The position numbers and the translations under genes were made by a program. From Bacillota bacterium (lineage in GTDB: Bacteria > Bacillota > Clostridia > Peptostreptococcales > Anaerovoracaceae), in the NCBI GenBank assembly GCA_017397005.1, contig JAFQKJ010000140.1, positions 7,027-71,026 of the forward strand: a stretch of 64,000 nucleotides of DNA. Direction: 5' to 3'. Below, piece by piece: positions 55,719 through 64,000 of this stretch. A model generated the notes under the pieces. It had not been told where the DNA came from. It saw only the letters and a list, made by a program, of their open reading frames with translations, and did not search any database. How positions within the stretch are numbered: position 1 is the first letter of the stretch; each line of letters opens with the position of its first letter.

Positions 55719-57263
55719 TTATTCTGTTTCAGTCAATTTCTTCAAAGCCACTCCGGCAAACTCTGCAATATCTGATGCTGTTGTACCATATTCTCCAATC
55801 TCTGCAGCACACAGATCTCCACTGAGACCATGTACATAAACCCCTGTCACTGCACTGTTTCTCACAGAAGATCCTGCTGCCAGAAATGCCCCGACAATAC
55901 CGCTCAGAACATCTCCGCTTCCAGCGGTAGCTATGCCCGGATTCCCGGTAGCATTTATAAAGGTAGCTCCGTCCGGGCAGGCAATGATGCTTCCCGCACC
56001 TTTGAGTACCAATGTTACATTATATTCCGAAGCAAAAGATTGTGCGATACGCAGTCGATCTTCGTTGATCTCTTTAGCAGACATCTTTAAAAGCCTTCCC
56101 ATCTCTCCGGGGTGCGGCGTCATTATCAACGGATACGCACTTTCCTTTAAAATATCTGCTTTGTCTGAAATAAGATTTATCCCGTCTGCATCCAGCAGCA
56201 CCGGCTTTGATATGTTTTTTATAATATGTTCCACCAATTCTGCTGCCGCCTCAGACCTTCCAAGCCCCGGGCCAGCCACTACCGCATCATAACTTTCCGC
56301 TTCTTTACTGATCAGCTTGATATTAGTATTAACATCTTCTCCAAGAATTAAACATGTTGCTTCCGGAACAGCTGCCTGTATCACCTGCACCACTTCCCAG
56401 ACTGCAGCCACTTTCACAAGTCCTGCTCCGCTTTTATATGCTGCTCTGGCAGCCAGCACGGCAGCCCCTGCCATACCTTTGCTTCCTGCAACTATAAGCA
56501 CTTTGCCCGCATCGCCTTTATTCATCATAAGATCCCTTTTAGGAAGCATATCTTTTACATCATCTTCTTCTGCCATATAAACGATCTCGGTTTCTTCTCT
56601 GCACAGATCTTCCGGAAGACCGATATCCACTATTTCGATTTCTCCAGCCATGCTTCTTCCCGGCTGCGCCAGCATGCCGGCTTTATTGAGCTGGAAAGTT
56701 ACTGTTTTGTCAGCTTTTACGGATATGCCGTATATCTTTCCATCATCAGCTCCTACTCCAGAAGGTATGTCTACGGCTATAACGTATTTTTTACAGTTAT
56801 TTATGATTTCTATGACTCTTTTTGCCTTTCCTTCCACAGGCCTGCTTATCCCGGTACCGAAAATGCTGTCTACCGCTATATCCGCTCCAGCTAAAGCATC
56901 CTCCAGCAAATCGAAACTCTCTTCGTCTTCGGTCTGTATAACATTTCCTCCCAAAGATATGTATCTTTCATAATTGATCTTTGCATCACCCTTGAGTTTT
57001 CCTACAGGTATAACAGAAAAAACCTTCTCTGTTTTTCCCGCTTCTTTCAAAAGCCTTGCAGCCACATAACCGTCTCCCCCATTGTTGCCGGCTCCACAGA
57101 TTATAACTGTTGTATCTCCGTCACTTTCATTCAGCTTATTAAGGATCACTCTGGTCAAACAGATCCCTGCTCTCTCCATGAGTTCTATCCCCGGTATCCC
57201 TCTTTCTTTTATAGCAGTTTCGTCTATCTTTCTGACTCTGCTGCCAAGTGCGGCTCTAAGCAT
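55719..57263 (-). CDS. nnr: bifunctional NAD(P)H-hydrate repair enzyme Nnr (epimerase plus ADP-dependent dehydratase)
   Basis: 514-aa ORF with a YjeF-N half (ICGAGNNGGDGYVAAR) and a carbohydrate-kinase-like C-terminal half (GNPGIATAGSGDVLSG). Confidence 0.88.
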   Translation of the reverse strand: MLRAALGSRVRKIDETAIKERGIPGIELMERAGICLTRVILNKLNESDGDTTVIICGAGNNGGDGYVAARLLKEAGKTEKVFSVIPVGKLKGDAKINYERYISLGGNVIQTEDEESFDLLEDALAGADIAVDSIFGTGISRPVEGKAKRVIEIINNCKKYVIAVDIPSGVGADDGKIYGISVKADKTVTFQLNKAGMLAQPGRSMAGEIEIVDIGLPEDLCREETEIVYMAEEDDVKDMLPKRDLMMNKGDAGKVLIVAGSKGMAGAAVLAARAAYKSGAGLVKVAAVWEVVQVIQAAVPEATCLILGEDVNTNIKLISKEAESYDAVVAGPGLGRSEAAAELVEHIIKNISKPVLLDADGINLISDKADILKESAYPLIMTPHPGEMGRLLKMSAKEINEDRLRIAQSFASEYNVTLVLKGAGSIIACPDGATFINATGNPGIATAGSGDVLSGIVGAFLAAGSSVRNSAVTGVYVHGLSGDLCAAEIGEYGTTASDIAEFAGVALKKLTETE

Positions 57264-57311
57264 CTCTTACCTCCAAAAATATCATTGGGCCGGCGCAAAG
57301 CCGGCCTGTTT

Positions 57312-58676
57312 TTATATAGTTATTCCCATAATGGCTGTAGCAAGAAGCAAATAAATCACTACCGACACCATATCCGTTATGGATGAGATCATCGGTGTAG
57401 CCATCAATGCAGGGTCTATTTTCATTTTCTTTGCTGCCATAGGAAGCAGTCCCCCTATGAGCTTCGCAAATACTACTACTATAAGGATGGATATGGAAAC
57501 TGTCAGGGCCACCAGCATAGTCTCTCCATCTATAAGCATTATCTTGCCAAAGTTTATTACAGCAAGCACTATACCTATGACCGCACTGATCCTGAATTCC
57601 TTCCACAGAACTTTACCCACATCTTTAAGTTCTATCTCACCTAATGACATACCTCTGATTATCAGTGTTGCTGACTGAGTTCCCGTATTTCCCCCGGTAC
57701 CCATCAGAAGCGGCATATATGCTACAAGAGCGATAGCCTGAGACAGCAGCAGCTCGAACCGAGCTATGATAGCGCCCGTTATCATCAGTGAAACCGTAAG
57801 CAGACAAAGCCACGGCACCCTGTTTTTGATGTGTTTCATTACGCTGATGTCCAGATATTCCTTGTCAGAGTCGTCCATGACACCGGCCATTCTTTCAAAG
57901 TCTTCCGTAGTTTCTTCTTCGATAACGTCCATGATATCGTCGAAAGTGATGATACCTACAAGACGGTTTTCTTTATCAACTACAGGCAGCGCCAAGAAGT
58001 CATATTTTTTAAACAGCTGAGCTACTTCTTCCTGATCATCCATTACATTTACAGATATAAAATCTTCATGCATAAGGTCTTTGACCAGTTCATAGCCTTC
58101 ACTTACTACAAGAGTTCTGAGAGAAACGATGCCCTGAAGATGTCTTTCCGCATCCATCACATAACAGGTATATACTGTTTCCTGATCCATACCGTGGATC
58201 TTTATATACTGCAGCGCATCTCTTACCTTCATCTCTTTTTTAAGCCCTATATAGTCAATAGTCATAAGGCTTCCGGCAGATGATTCCGGATAATTTAAAA
58301 ACTGATTGATAAGCTTTCGAGTTTCTTTATCGGTCCTCATAAGTATCCTGTCAACTACGTTTGCCGGGAGTTCTTCAAGAACGTCGATCATGTCGTCGAA
58401 AGACATTTCCTCCATGATGTTCTGTACTTCTTTTACGGTGATGCCGCTTACTATATCTACCTGACAGTCAGACGACAGATAAGCAAACACCACAGCGGAA
58501 ATATCTTTCGGCAGCATCCTGAACAATATCACGGATTTTTCTATTCCCAGCTCATCGTTTATTTCTTCGATGATCTCTGCGATATCCGCTTCATTGTTTT
58601 CCAGAAGCTCTTCTCTGACAAGGGCATATTTTTTCTCTTCGATCAGTTCAAAGATTATTTCAAGACTTCTTTCCAT
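57312..58676 (-). CDS. mgtE: magnesium transporter MgtE
   Basis: 454-aa ORF with an MgtE N-domain, tandem CBS domains and a C-terminal TM domain (PLLMGTGGNTGTQSAT). Confidence 0.92.
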   Translation of the reverse strand: MERSLEIIFELIEEKKYALVREELLENNEADIAEIIEEINDELGIEKSVILFRMLPKDISAVVFAYLSSDCQVDIVSGITVKEVQNIMEEMSFDDMIDVLEELPANVVDRILMRTDKETRKLINQFLNYPESSAGSLMTIDYIGLKKEMKVRDALQYIKIHGMDQETVYTCYVMDAERHLQGIVSLRTLVVSEGYELVKDLMHEDFISVNVMDDQEEVAQLFKKYDFLALPVVDKENRLVGIITFDDIMDVIEEETTEDFERMAGVMDDSDKEYLDISVMKHIKNRVPWLCLLTVSLMITGAIIARFELLLSQAIALVAYMPLLMGTGGNTGTQSATLIIRGMSLGEIELKDVGKVLWKEFRISAVIGIVLAVINFGKIMLIDGETMLVALTVSISILIVVVFAKLIGGLLPMAAKKMKIDPALMATPMISSITDMVSVVIYLLLATAIMGITI

Positions 58677-58901
58677 GTTTTCCTCCTTTCCTTACATTCT
58701 CCATATAATTTTTCCCACTGTATTTTATTATATTAAAATTATCTAAATTAATCAACACGAGAAATTTTGAAGTATTGGAGCGGCGGACCTTTTTACAGTA
58801 TATTGCAGAATAGAATAAAAGCTCTCTCCTTTTATTTTTTTCGTGATTTTTTCGGCATAAGTCACTTTTAATGGAATTTTTTATTTTTTGGCTGACAGCT
58901 A

Positions 58902-58930
58902 TTGACAAGTCACATGTACAGGTTTAATAT
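58902..58930 (+). promoter_or_regulatory. sigma-A-type promoter candidate for gdhA
   Basis: Consensus TTGACA (58902-58907), a 17-nt spacer, then TAATAT (58925-58930). It lies ~60 nt upstream of the start codon. Confidence 0.6.
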
Positions 58931-58988
58931 TTGTTTGTAAAGGTTTTCATAACCAAAACTTAATAAAATTTTAAAGGAGATGTTAGAA

Positions 58989-60332
58989 ATGGGAGCACTT
59001 GCACAGAAGTACATCGAAATCGCAAAACAGAGAAACGCTGATCAGGCTGAATTTCTCCAGACAGTAGAAGAAGTTGTTACAACTATCGAACCAGTTCTCG
59101 AAGCACATCCTGAATGGGTTGAAGCTAAGATCGTAGAAAGACTGATCGAACCTGAAAGACAGGTTATGTTCAGAGTTCCTTGGGTTGATGACAACGGCGA
59201 AGTACAGGTTAACAGAGGATTCAGAGTACAGTTCAACTCATGCTTAGGACCATACAAAGGCGGTCTCAGATTTGACAAATCAGTAAACCTCTCAGTTATC
59301 AAATTCTTAGGATTCGAACAGATCTTCAAAAACGCACTTACAACACTTCCTATCGGCGGTGGTAAAGGTGGTTCAGACTTCAGCCCAGTTGGAAAGAGCG
59401 ATGCTGAAGTTATGAGATTCTGCCAGAGCTTCATGACAGAATTATACAGACACGTTGGCGCTGACACAGACGTTCCTGCTGGTGACATGGGCGTTGGCGG
59501 AAGAGAAATCGGTTACCTCTTCGGACAGTACAAGAGACTCGTAAACAGATACGAAGGCGTACTCACAGGTAAAGGTGTAGGCTGGGGTGGATCTTTAGCT
59601 AGAACAGAAGCTACAGGTTTCGGTATCGTTTACTTCACAGAAGAAATGCTCAAAGCTTCAGGCGAAACTCTTAAAGGCAAGACAGTTGCTGTATCAGGTT
59701 TCGGTAACGTATCATGGGGTACAGTTACAAAAGCTACAGAACTCGGCGCTAAAGTTGTTACAATCTCAGGTCCAGACGGATACATCTATGATGAAGACGG
59801 CGTATCAGGAGAAAAGATCGACTACATGCTCGAATTAAGAGCTAGCGGAAAGAACGTTTGCGCACCTTATGCTGAAAAATTCCCAGGCGCAAAATTCTAT
59901 CCAAAAGAAAAACCATGGGGCGTTAAAGTTGACGTTGTTATCCCATGTGCTACACAGAACGAAATTCACATCGAAGATGCTCAGAAGATCGTTACAAACG
60001 GAACAAAATTCGTTTGCGAAGGTGCTAACATGCCTACAACAAACGAAGCTCTCAAGTTCTTACAGGAAAACGGCGTAATCGTAGGTCCTGCTAAAGCTGC
60101 TAATGCTGGTGGCGTTGCTACATCATGTCTCGAAATGGCACAGAACAGCCAGAGATACTACTGGTCATTCGAAGAAGTTGATGCTAAATTATACGGCATC
60201 ATGGTTAACATCTTCAAAGAATGTAAAGAAGCTGCTGCTCAGTTCGGTATGGAAGGCAACTATGTTGCAGGTGCAAACATTGCTGGTTTCTTAAAGGTTG
60301 CAAACGCTATGATGGCACAGGGCATTGTTTAA
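58989..60332 (+). CDS. gdhA: NADP-specific glutamate dehydrogenase
   Basis: GDH motifs RVQFNSCLGPYKGGLRF, LPIGGGKGGSDF and GFGNVSWG. The ATG at 58989 is spaced 8 nt from AGGAGA. The track start at 58980 overlaps the Shine-Dalgarno sequence. Codon choice is strongly biased. Confidence 0.93.
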   Translation: MGALAQKYIEIAKQRNADQAEFLQTVEEVVTTIEPVLEAHPEWVEAKIVERLIEPERQVMFRVPWVDDNGEVQVNRGFRVQFNSCLGPYKGGLRFDKSVNLSVIKFLGFEQIFKNALTTLPIGGGKGGSDFSPVGKSDAEVMRFCQSFMTELYRHVGADTDVPAGDMGVGGREIGYLFGQYKRLVNRYEGVLTGKGVGWGGSLARTEATGFGIVYFTEEMLKASGETLKGKTVAVSGFGNVSWGTVTKATELGAKVVTISGPDGYIYDEDGVSGEKIDYMLELRASGKNVCAPYAEKFPGAKFYPKEKPWGVKVDVVIPCATQNEIHIEDAQKIVTNGTKFVCEGANMPTTNEALKFLQENGVIVGPAKAANAGGVATSCLEMAQNSQRYYWSFEEVDAKLYGIMVNIFKECKEAAAQFGMEGNYVAGANIAGFLKVANAMMAQGIV

Positions 60333-60365
60333 TCAATAACCCATTTCAATCTTTACATAATTAAA

Positions 60366-60395
60366 ATTAGGGACTGTTATTTATAACAGTCCCTA
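60366..60395. repeat. 14-bp perfect inverted repeat (hairpin) downstream of gdhA
   Basis: TTAGGGACTGTTAT-TT-ATAACAGTCCCTAA. There is no good U tract on the plus strand. On the minus strand it is followed by UUUUAAUU. Confidence 0.6.
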
Positions 60396-60409
60396 AATCT
60401 TGCAAAAAA

Positions 60410-60434
60410 TCCCGGCTCTCTTATGAGATGCCGG
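60410..60434. terminator. bidirectional intrinsic terminator between gdhA and addA
   Basis: CCCGGCUCUC-UUAU-GAGAU-GCCGGG. It is flanked by an A6 run upstream (a U tract for minus-strand addA) and UAUUUUUA downstream (for plus-strand gdhA). Confidence 0.75.
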
Positions 60435-60440
60435 GTATTT

Positions 60441-63400
60441 TTATATACTGACTTCCTGTCCTGCAGAAAGGAAATAAAGATATGCCTCTTTTACTTTTTT
60501 ATCGCCGGAGCTTTCTATGGCATTTTTGTAAATGCTCATTTGAGTCCTATACCCTTCGGCTTTTGACATAAGAGCTGCCTCCCTGCCTTCTTGAGGAATG
60601 TAGTCGGTTTTGTAATCTATAAGTACATATCCATCTTCTTCTTCGAAGAAACAATCTATTATACCTTGAACTATGCTGCCGCTTTTTTCATCACAGGGAT
60701 GCCATAAAAGGAAAGGTTTTTCCCTGTATACAGTTTTGGCTTTTTTTAACCTGCGGCCAAGACCGCTTTCAAAAAATCTGAATATCCAGTCTCCTCTGAC
60801 TTCACCGGCTTCCTCTTGAGATATTATTCCCTTTGCAGCCAATCCTTCTATCTGAGCTTCAATTTCTTTCACCGTGCCTGTGCCGGCAAAATTCAGCTCC
60901 TGAAGCACATTATGAGTAAGAGTCCCTCTTTCCGCCGCACTGAGCTTTCTTTCCTGCCTGCCCTGAGGCAATGACCTGGTCACAGGAATATCTGTGTCTG
61001 GATCTTCTCCGTTTTTCATTATTCTGTTCAGTTCCGTAGCAGTAAATTTTGCAGGCATTTCCGAGGCTTCTTTGTACTTGTACTCAAAATCGTATTCTGC
61101 AAATATCCTGTCTTTTACAGCCTGATCTTCCTCCTCTAAGGACCTGTCTTCCTGTCCATTCGCCAGACTCTTTGCCCCTTCTTCCTCTTCAAACTTCCAA
61201 GGAAATCCTCTGTGTATGTTAAAAACTGCTTCTCCCGAGACATCAGCTTCATGCAAAGGCCCTGCAAGCCACTCAACAAAAGAGGTACATTCCAGCGGCT
61301 CTTTATCTTTACCCGGAAGTTTATCATCAAGTTTTTTCACAGAACCTATAAGGATAAGCTGTTCTCTTGCCCTGGTCATAGCAACATAAAGTATCCTCAT
61401 TTCTTCTGCCAGTTCTTTAGCCTTAACATTATCATCTATATCAAGCTGCCTTTGAGTCTTCATCTTGTATCTATTCTTATCGTCTCTGAATCTTAAGCCG
61501 AAACCCAGATCTTTATCCAGACTTATCTCCGAGGATGCTTTTCTGTGATTGAAACTTTTTCCAAGGCCTGCCACTATCACAACAGGGAACTCTAATCCCT
61601 TGCTTTTATGAATGCTCATCATCCTTACATAGCTTTCTTTGTCACCAGCCGGTTTTTCAGATGTCATAGGCGCCGAATTGAGCTCCAGCAGTTCTAAATA
61701 TTTTATGAATCCTGTTAAGTTTTGAGAGGTATTGTTTTGATATTTCTCCGCTTTTTCTACTAATGCCTTGAGGTTCTTTACTCTCTGTGCTCCCATAGGC
61801 AACGCTCTTACGAAATCATAAAATCCGGATTCCTTCAGCAGCATCCACAGCAGATCTTTTAAAGACATATACTGCGATCTGTCCTGCCATTCTTCCAGTC
61901 TCTTCAACATGGAACAGCATTTTTCTTTCAGCGCAGGATCCTCTCCCTCTCTACAGTAATCCAGAAAAGCTTCAGCAAACAGCCCTTTTTTTCTAAAAAC
62001 TCTGATAGAGCTCATTTCATCTGCAGTAAAACGAAACATTGCAGAGCGCATAACGCTTAACAACGGTATGTCCTGTCTTTTGTTTACTATTATCTTCAAA
62101 AGGTTTGCAAATACAGAAATCTCTACCGTTTCAAAATATCCGTCATTTCCTTCTATATATGCAGGTATCCCTTCTCGCTGAAATACATCCTGATATGTTT
62201 CTGCTGAACCTTTATATGATCTCAGGAGAACTACGATATCATCCAGAGTTACAGTCTTAACTTTCCCGCTTTTTACATCAAAGTATTCTCTTCCCAATAC
62301 TTCCTTTATACGGCGACATACAAACAAAGCCTCCATCTCTGTTCCTTTGACAGGTTCTGTATCCTGTGATACAAGAGACAGGGATTCTTTCACATCTTTT
62401 TCTACGATCATGTCGAATATCACCGGTTCTGCAGCCGGTCCATTTTTGAGTAATTCTCCGTGATCAAATCCCGGATAAAGCTTAGCATCTGAATCATAGC
62501 TTATTCCCGAAGATTCTTCCGTCATTATCCTCTCCATTACCCTGTTGGTACAGCTGAGGACATCAGGCTTGCTCCTGAAATTGCGATTAAGGTCTATCTT
62601 TATACAGTCTTTTTCATTCCCGGTTTTGTATTTTTTATATTTATCTATAAATATCTGAGGATCCGCCAATCGAAACTGGTATATGCTCTGTTTCACATCC
62701 CCTACCATAAACAGGTTGTCATCACGCTTTATACGGTTTATAAGTTCCTCCTGTACTTCATTGGTATCCTGATATTCGTCTATAAAAATATATTTGAATC
62801 TTTCTCTGTATTCTTGGGACGGCTCCGGGTAAGCCAGTATTTCCAGGGCCAAATGCTCCACGTCGTTAAAACTGAGCTGATTGGAGGAATATTTTTTACT
62901 TACAAATATTTTGTCATATCTAATGATCATATCCCTTAAAACGCAGGCATCGGTATATGTATTTCTTTCCGTTTCATCTGCACTGTTTTTGAGATTTTCT
63001 ATTTTTGTGTTTAACCAGCCAAAAGGATCCGGAAGACTTTTGATGAACTTATATACCATCGTTATCATATTTCCAATGTCTTTTTCATTGTTGGCTTTGG
63101 AATATTTGGAGGCAAAATTCAAAAACTCGCTGTTTTCTTCTTTTTCAAACATCTCATTCAGCATGATTTCCATGGCTTCCTGAGAAAAAGTCTCGTTCTG
63201 AGCATCGTCACATATCTTAAAATCCGGCGCCAGCTCTGTCAGATAAAAATACTCTCTGATCACTTCCAGACAGAACGCATGAAATGTGCTTATATTGGCA
63301 TTTCCTATCCTGTCAAGCTGATCCTGAAGATAGGACACATCAGCCCCTTCTTCCTCCATGGCTTCAGATATCCCTTTAAATATCCTTTCCCTCATTTCCC

Positions 63401-63581
63401 CCGCTGCCGCGTTGGTAAATGTCACTATCAGCATTTCCTCTATGCCTGCATCCTGAGAAACGACCAGGCTTTTTATTCTTTCGGTAAGGACCGCCGTCTT
63501 ACCCGAGCCTGCCGCTGCGGACACCAATATATTGCTGTTTCTGGTGGTTATTGCGCTTAACTGCGCTTCATTCCATTTCAC
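60441..63581 (-). CDS. addA: ATP-dependent helicase/nuclease subunit A (AddA/RexA; UvrD-like helicase with a C-terminal RecB-type nuclease)
   Basis: Likely GTG start at 63581, with GGAGG 6 nt upstream (VKWNEAQLSAI). The track ORF extends to 63620. Helicase motifs: AAAGSGKTAVL, FIDEYQDTN and VMSIHKSKGLEFPVV. The C-terminal nuclease motif is GIIDCFFEEEDGYVLIDYKTD. Confidence 0.85.
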   Translation of the reverse strand: MKWNEAQLSAITTRNSNILVSAAAGSGKTAVLTERIKSLVVSQDAGIEEMLIVTFTNAAAGEMRERIFKGISEAMEEEGADVSYLQDQLDRIGNANISTFHAFCLEVIREYFYLTELAPDFKICDDAQNETFSQEAMEIMLNEMFEKEENSEFLNFASKYSKANNEKDIGNMITMVYKFIKSLPDPFGWLNTKIENLKNSADETERNTYTDACVLRDMIIRYDKIFVSKKYSSNQLSFNDVEHLALEILAYPEPSQEYRERFKYIFIDEYQDTNEVQEELINRIKRDDNLFMVGDVKQSIYQFRLADPQIFIDKYKKYKTGNEKDCIKIDLNRNFRSKPDVLSCTNRVMERIMTEESSGISYDSDAKLYPGFDHGELLKNGPAAEPVIFDMIVEKDVKESLSLVSQDTEPVKGTEMEALFVCRRIKEVLGREYFDVKSGKVKTVTLDDIVVLLRSYKGSAETYQDVFQREGIPAYIEGNDGYFETVEISVFANLLKIIVNKRQDIPLLSVMRSAMFRFTADEMSSIRVFRKKGLFAEAFLDYCREGEDPALKEKCCSMLKRLEEWQDRSQYMSLKDLLWMLLKESGFYDFVRALPMGAQRVKNLKALVEKAEKYQNNTSQNLTGFIKYLELLELNSAPMTSEKPAGDKESYVRMMSIHKSKGLEFPVVIVAGLGKSFNHRKASSEISLDKDLGFGLRFRDDKNRYKMKTQRQLDIDDNVKAKELAEEMRILYVAMTRAREQLILIGSVKKLDDKLPGKDKEPLECTSFVEWLAGPLHEADVSGEAVFNIHRGFPWKFEEEEGAKSLANGQEDRSLEEEDQAVKDRIFAEYDFEYKYKEASEMPAKFTATELNRIMKNGEDPDTDIPVTRSLPQGRQERKLSAAERGTLTHNVLQELNFAGTGTVKEIEAQIEGLAAKGIISQEEAGEVRGDWIFRFFESGLGRRLKKAKTVYREKPFLLWHPCDEKSGSIVQGIIDCFFEEEDGYVLIDYKTDYIPQEGREAALMSKAEGYRTQMSIYKNAIESSGDKKVKEAYLYFLSAGQEVSI

Positions 63582-63666
63582 AGGGTACCTCCTTCGCATC
63601 AAGATGCAGTTTACACACATTACCTGTACTTTAAGTTAATTTAGTTTAACATATGTTGATGTTTTA

Positions 63667-63675
63667 TGCTATAAT
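63667..63675 (+). promoter_or_regulatory. extended -10 promoter element candidate for gpmI
   Basis: TGCTATAAT (TGnTATAAT), ~42 nt upstream of the ATG. No convincing -35 element. Confidence 0.4.
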
Positions 63676-63716
63676 TAAGCCGCACAAGATATATCAACCA
63701 CCAAGGAGATTCATAA

Positions 63717-64000
63717 ATGAAAACTAAACCTTTAATGTTAATGATCCTGGACGGCTATGGATGCAATCCTCAGAAATACGGCAATGCAATACTTCATGCC
63801 GACAAGCCTTCTATTGATAAAATATTCGACACATATCCAAATACTCTTCTGGGAGCTTCCGGTCTTGATGTAGGTCTTCCTGATGGACAAATGGGGAATT
63901 CAGAAGTGGGACACCTTAATATCGGTGCCGGACGTATTGTTTATCAGGAACTTACTCGTATAACAAAGTCCATTAAAGACGGAGATTTCTTTGAAAATAA
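63717..64000 (+). CDS. gpmI: 2,3-bisphosphoglycerate-independent phosphoglycerate mutase, 5' portion; runs off the right edge
   Basis: The ATG at 63717 follows AAGGAG. Translation gives [25 protein letters not shown]...[30 protein letters not shown], the typical iPGM N-terminus. Confidence 0.9.
   Translation, partial: MKTKPLMLMILDGYGCNPQKYGNAILHADKPSIDKIFDTYPNTLLGASGLDVGLPDGQMGNSEVGHLNIGAGRIVYQELTRITKSIKDGDFFEN

Noticed and set aside
58677-58900. An M-box (Mg2+) riboswitch upstream of mgtE.
   Set aside because: The 5' region is extremely AT-rich. I found none of the conserved GC-rich M-box helices or motifs, so there is no support from the sequence.
1-64000. A scan by eye for CRISPR arrays, tRNA or rRNA genes, IS elements, integrases and long direct repeats.
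   Set aside because: I noticed no regularly spaced repeats, no cloverleaf-like GC-rich segments in intergenic regions, and no transposase- or integrase-like ORFs. A scan by eye cannot exclude small RNAs.

Overview
This looks like a low-GC Firmicutes (Clostridia-type) chromosomal segment. It carries about 55 protein genes, tightly packed and mostly on the minus strand. I saw no rRNA, tRNA, CRISPR array, transposase or integrase.

Recognisable housekeeping content:
- A T-box-controlled ilvB-ilvN-ilvD-leuA-leuC operon.
- A UPF0182 / glutamine-synthetase-like / serS run.
- A long co-directional run: SAM-I riboswitch, metK, aspartate kinase, secA, prfB (with its programmed +1 frameshift), a HAD hydrolase, an amidohydrolase and addB.
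- ttcA-like, cwlD and alaX.
- azlCD plus a homocysteine S-methyltransferase.
- ylmH-like, ctp, recJ, an M23 peptidase, ftsEX, split transketolase and a tagA / csaB / large membrane protein cell-wall-polymer cluster.
- An apparently antitoxin-less mazF, then nnr, mgtE, gdhA, a stand-alone addA, and the start of gpmI.

The standout is an ~8 kb plus-strand operon at 29.1-37.2 kb, flanked mostly by minus-strand genes. It contains an 82-aa TM1266/ACT-like protein, a FecCD-type permease, an ABC ATPase fused to a second TM1266-like domain, a HydE-family radical SAM enzyme, a NifH-like ATPase, two nitrogenase-component-1-like subunits and a BtuF/FecB-type lipoprotein. Two paralogous terminator/antiterminator leaders precede it. 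No nif, hyd, bch or cfb partner genes lie in the window, so I rate it a candidate uncharacterised nitrogenase-like reductase system.

Secondary oddities:
- A DnaA-box cluster between convergent 3' gene ends.
- addA and addB ~43 kb apart.
- A HydE-like gene with no in-frame canonical start codon.
- A divergent XRE regulator pair with repeated operator-like motifs.

All product calls rest on motif recognition by eye; no database search was possible. Coordinates I counted by hand, rather than took from the ORF track, may be off by 1 nt.
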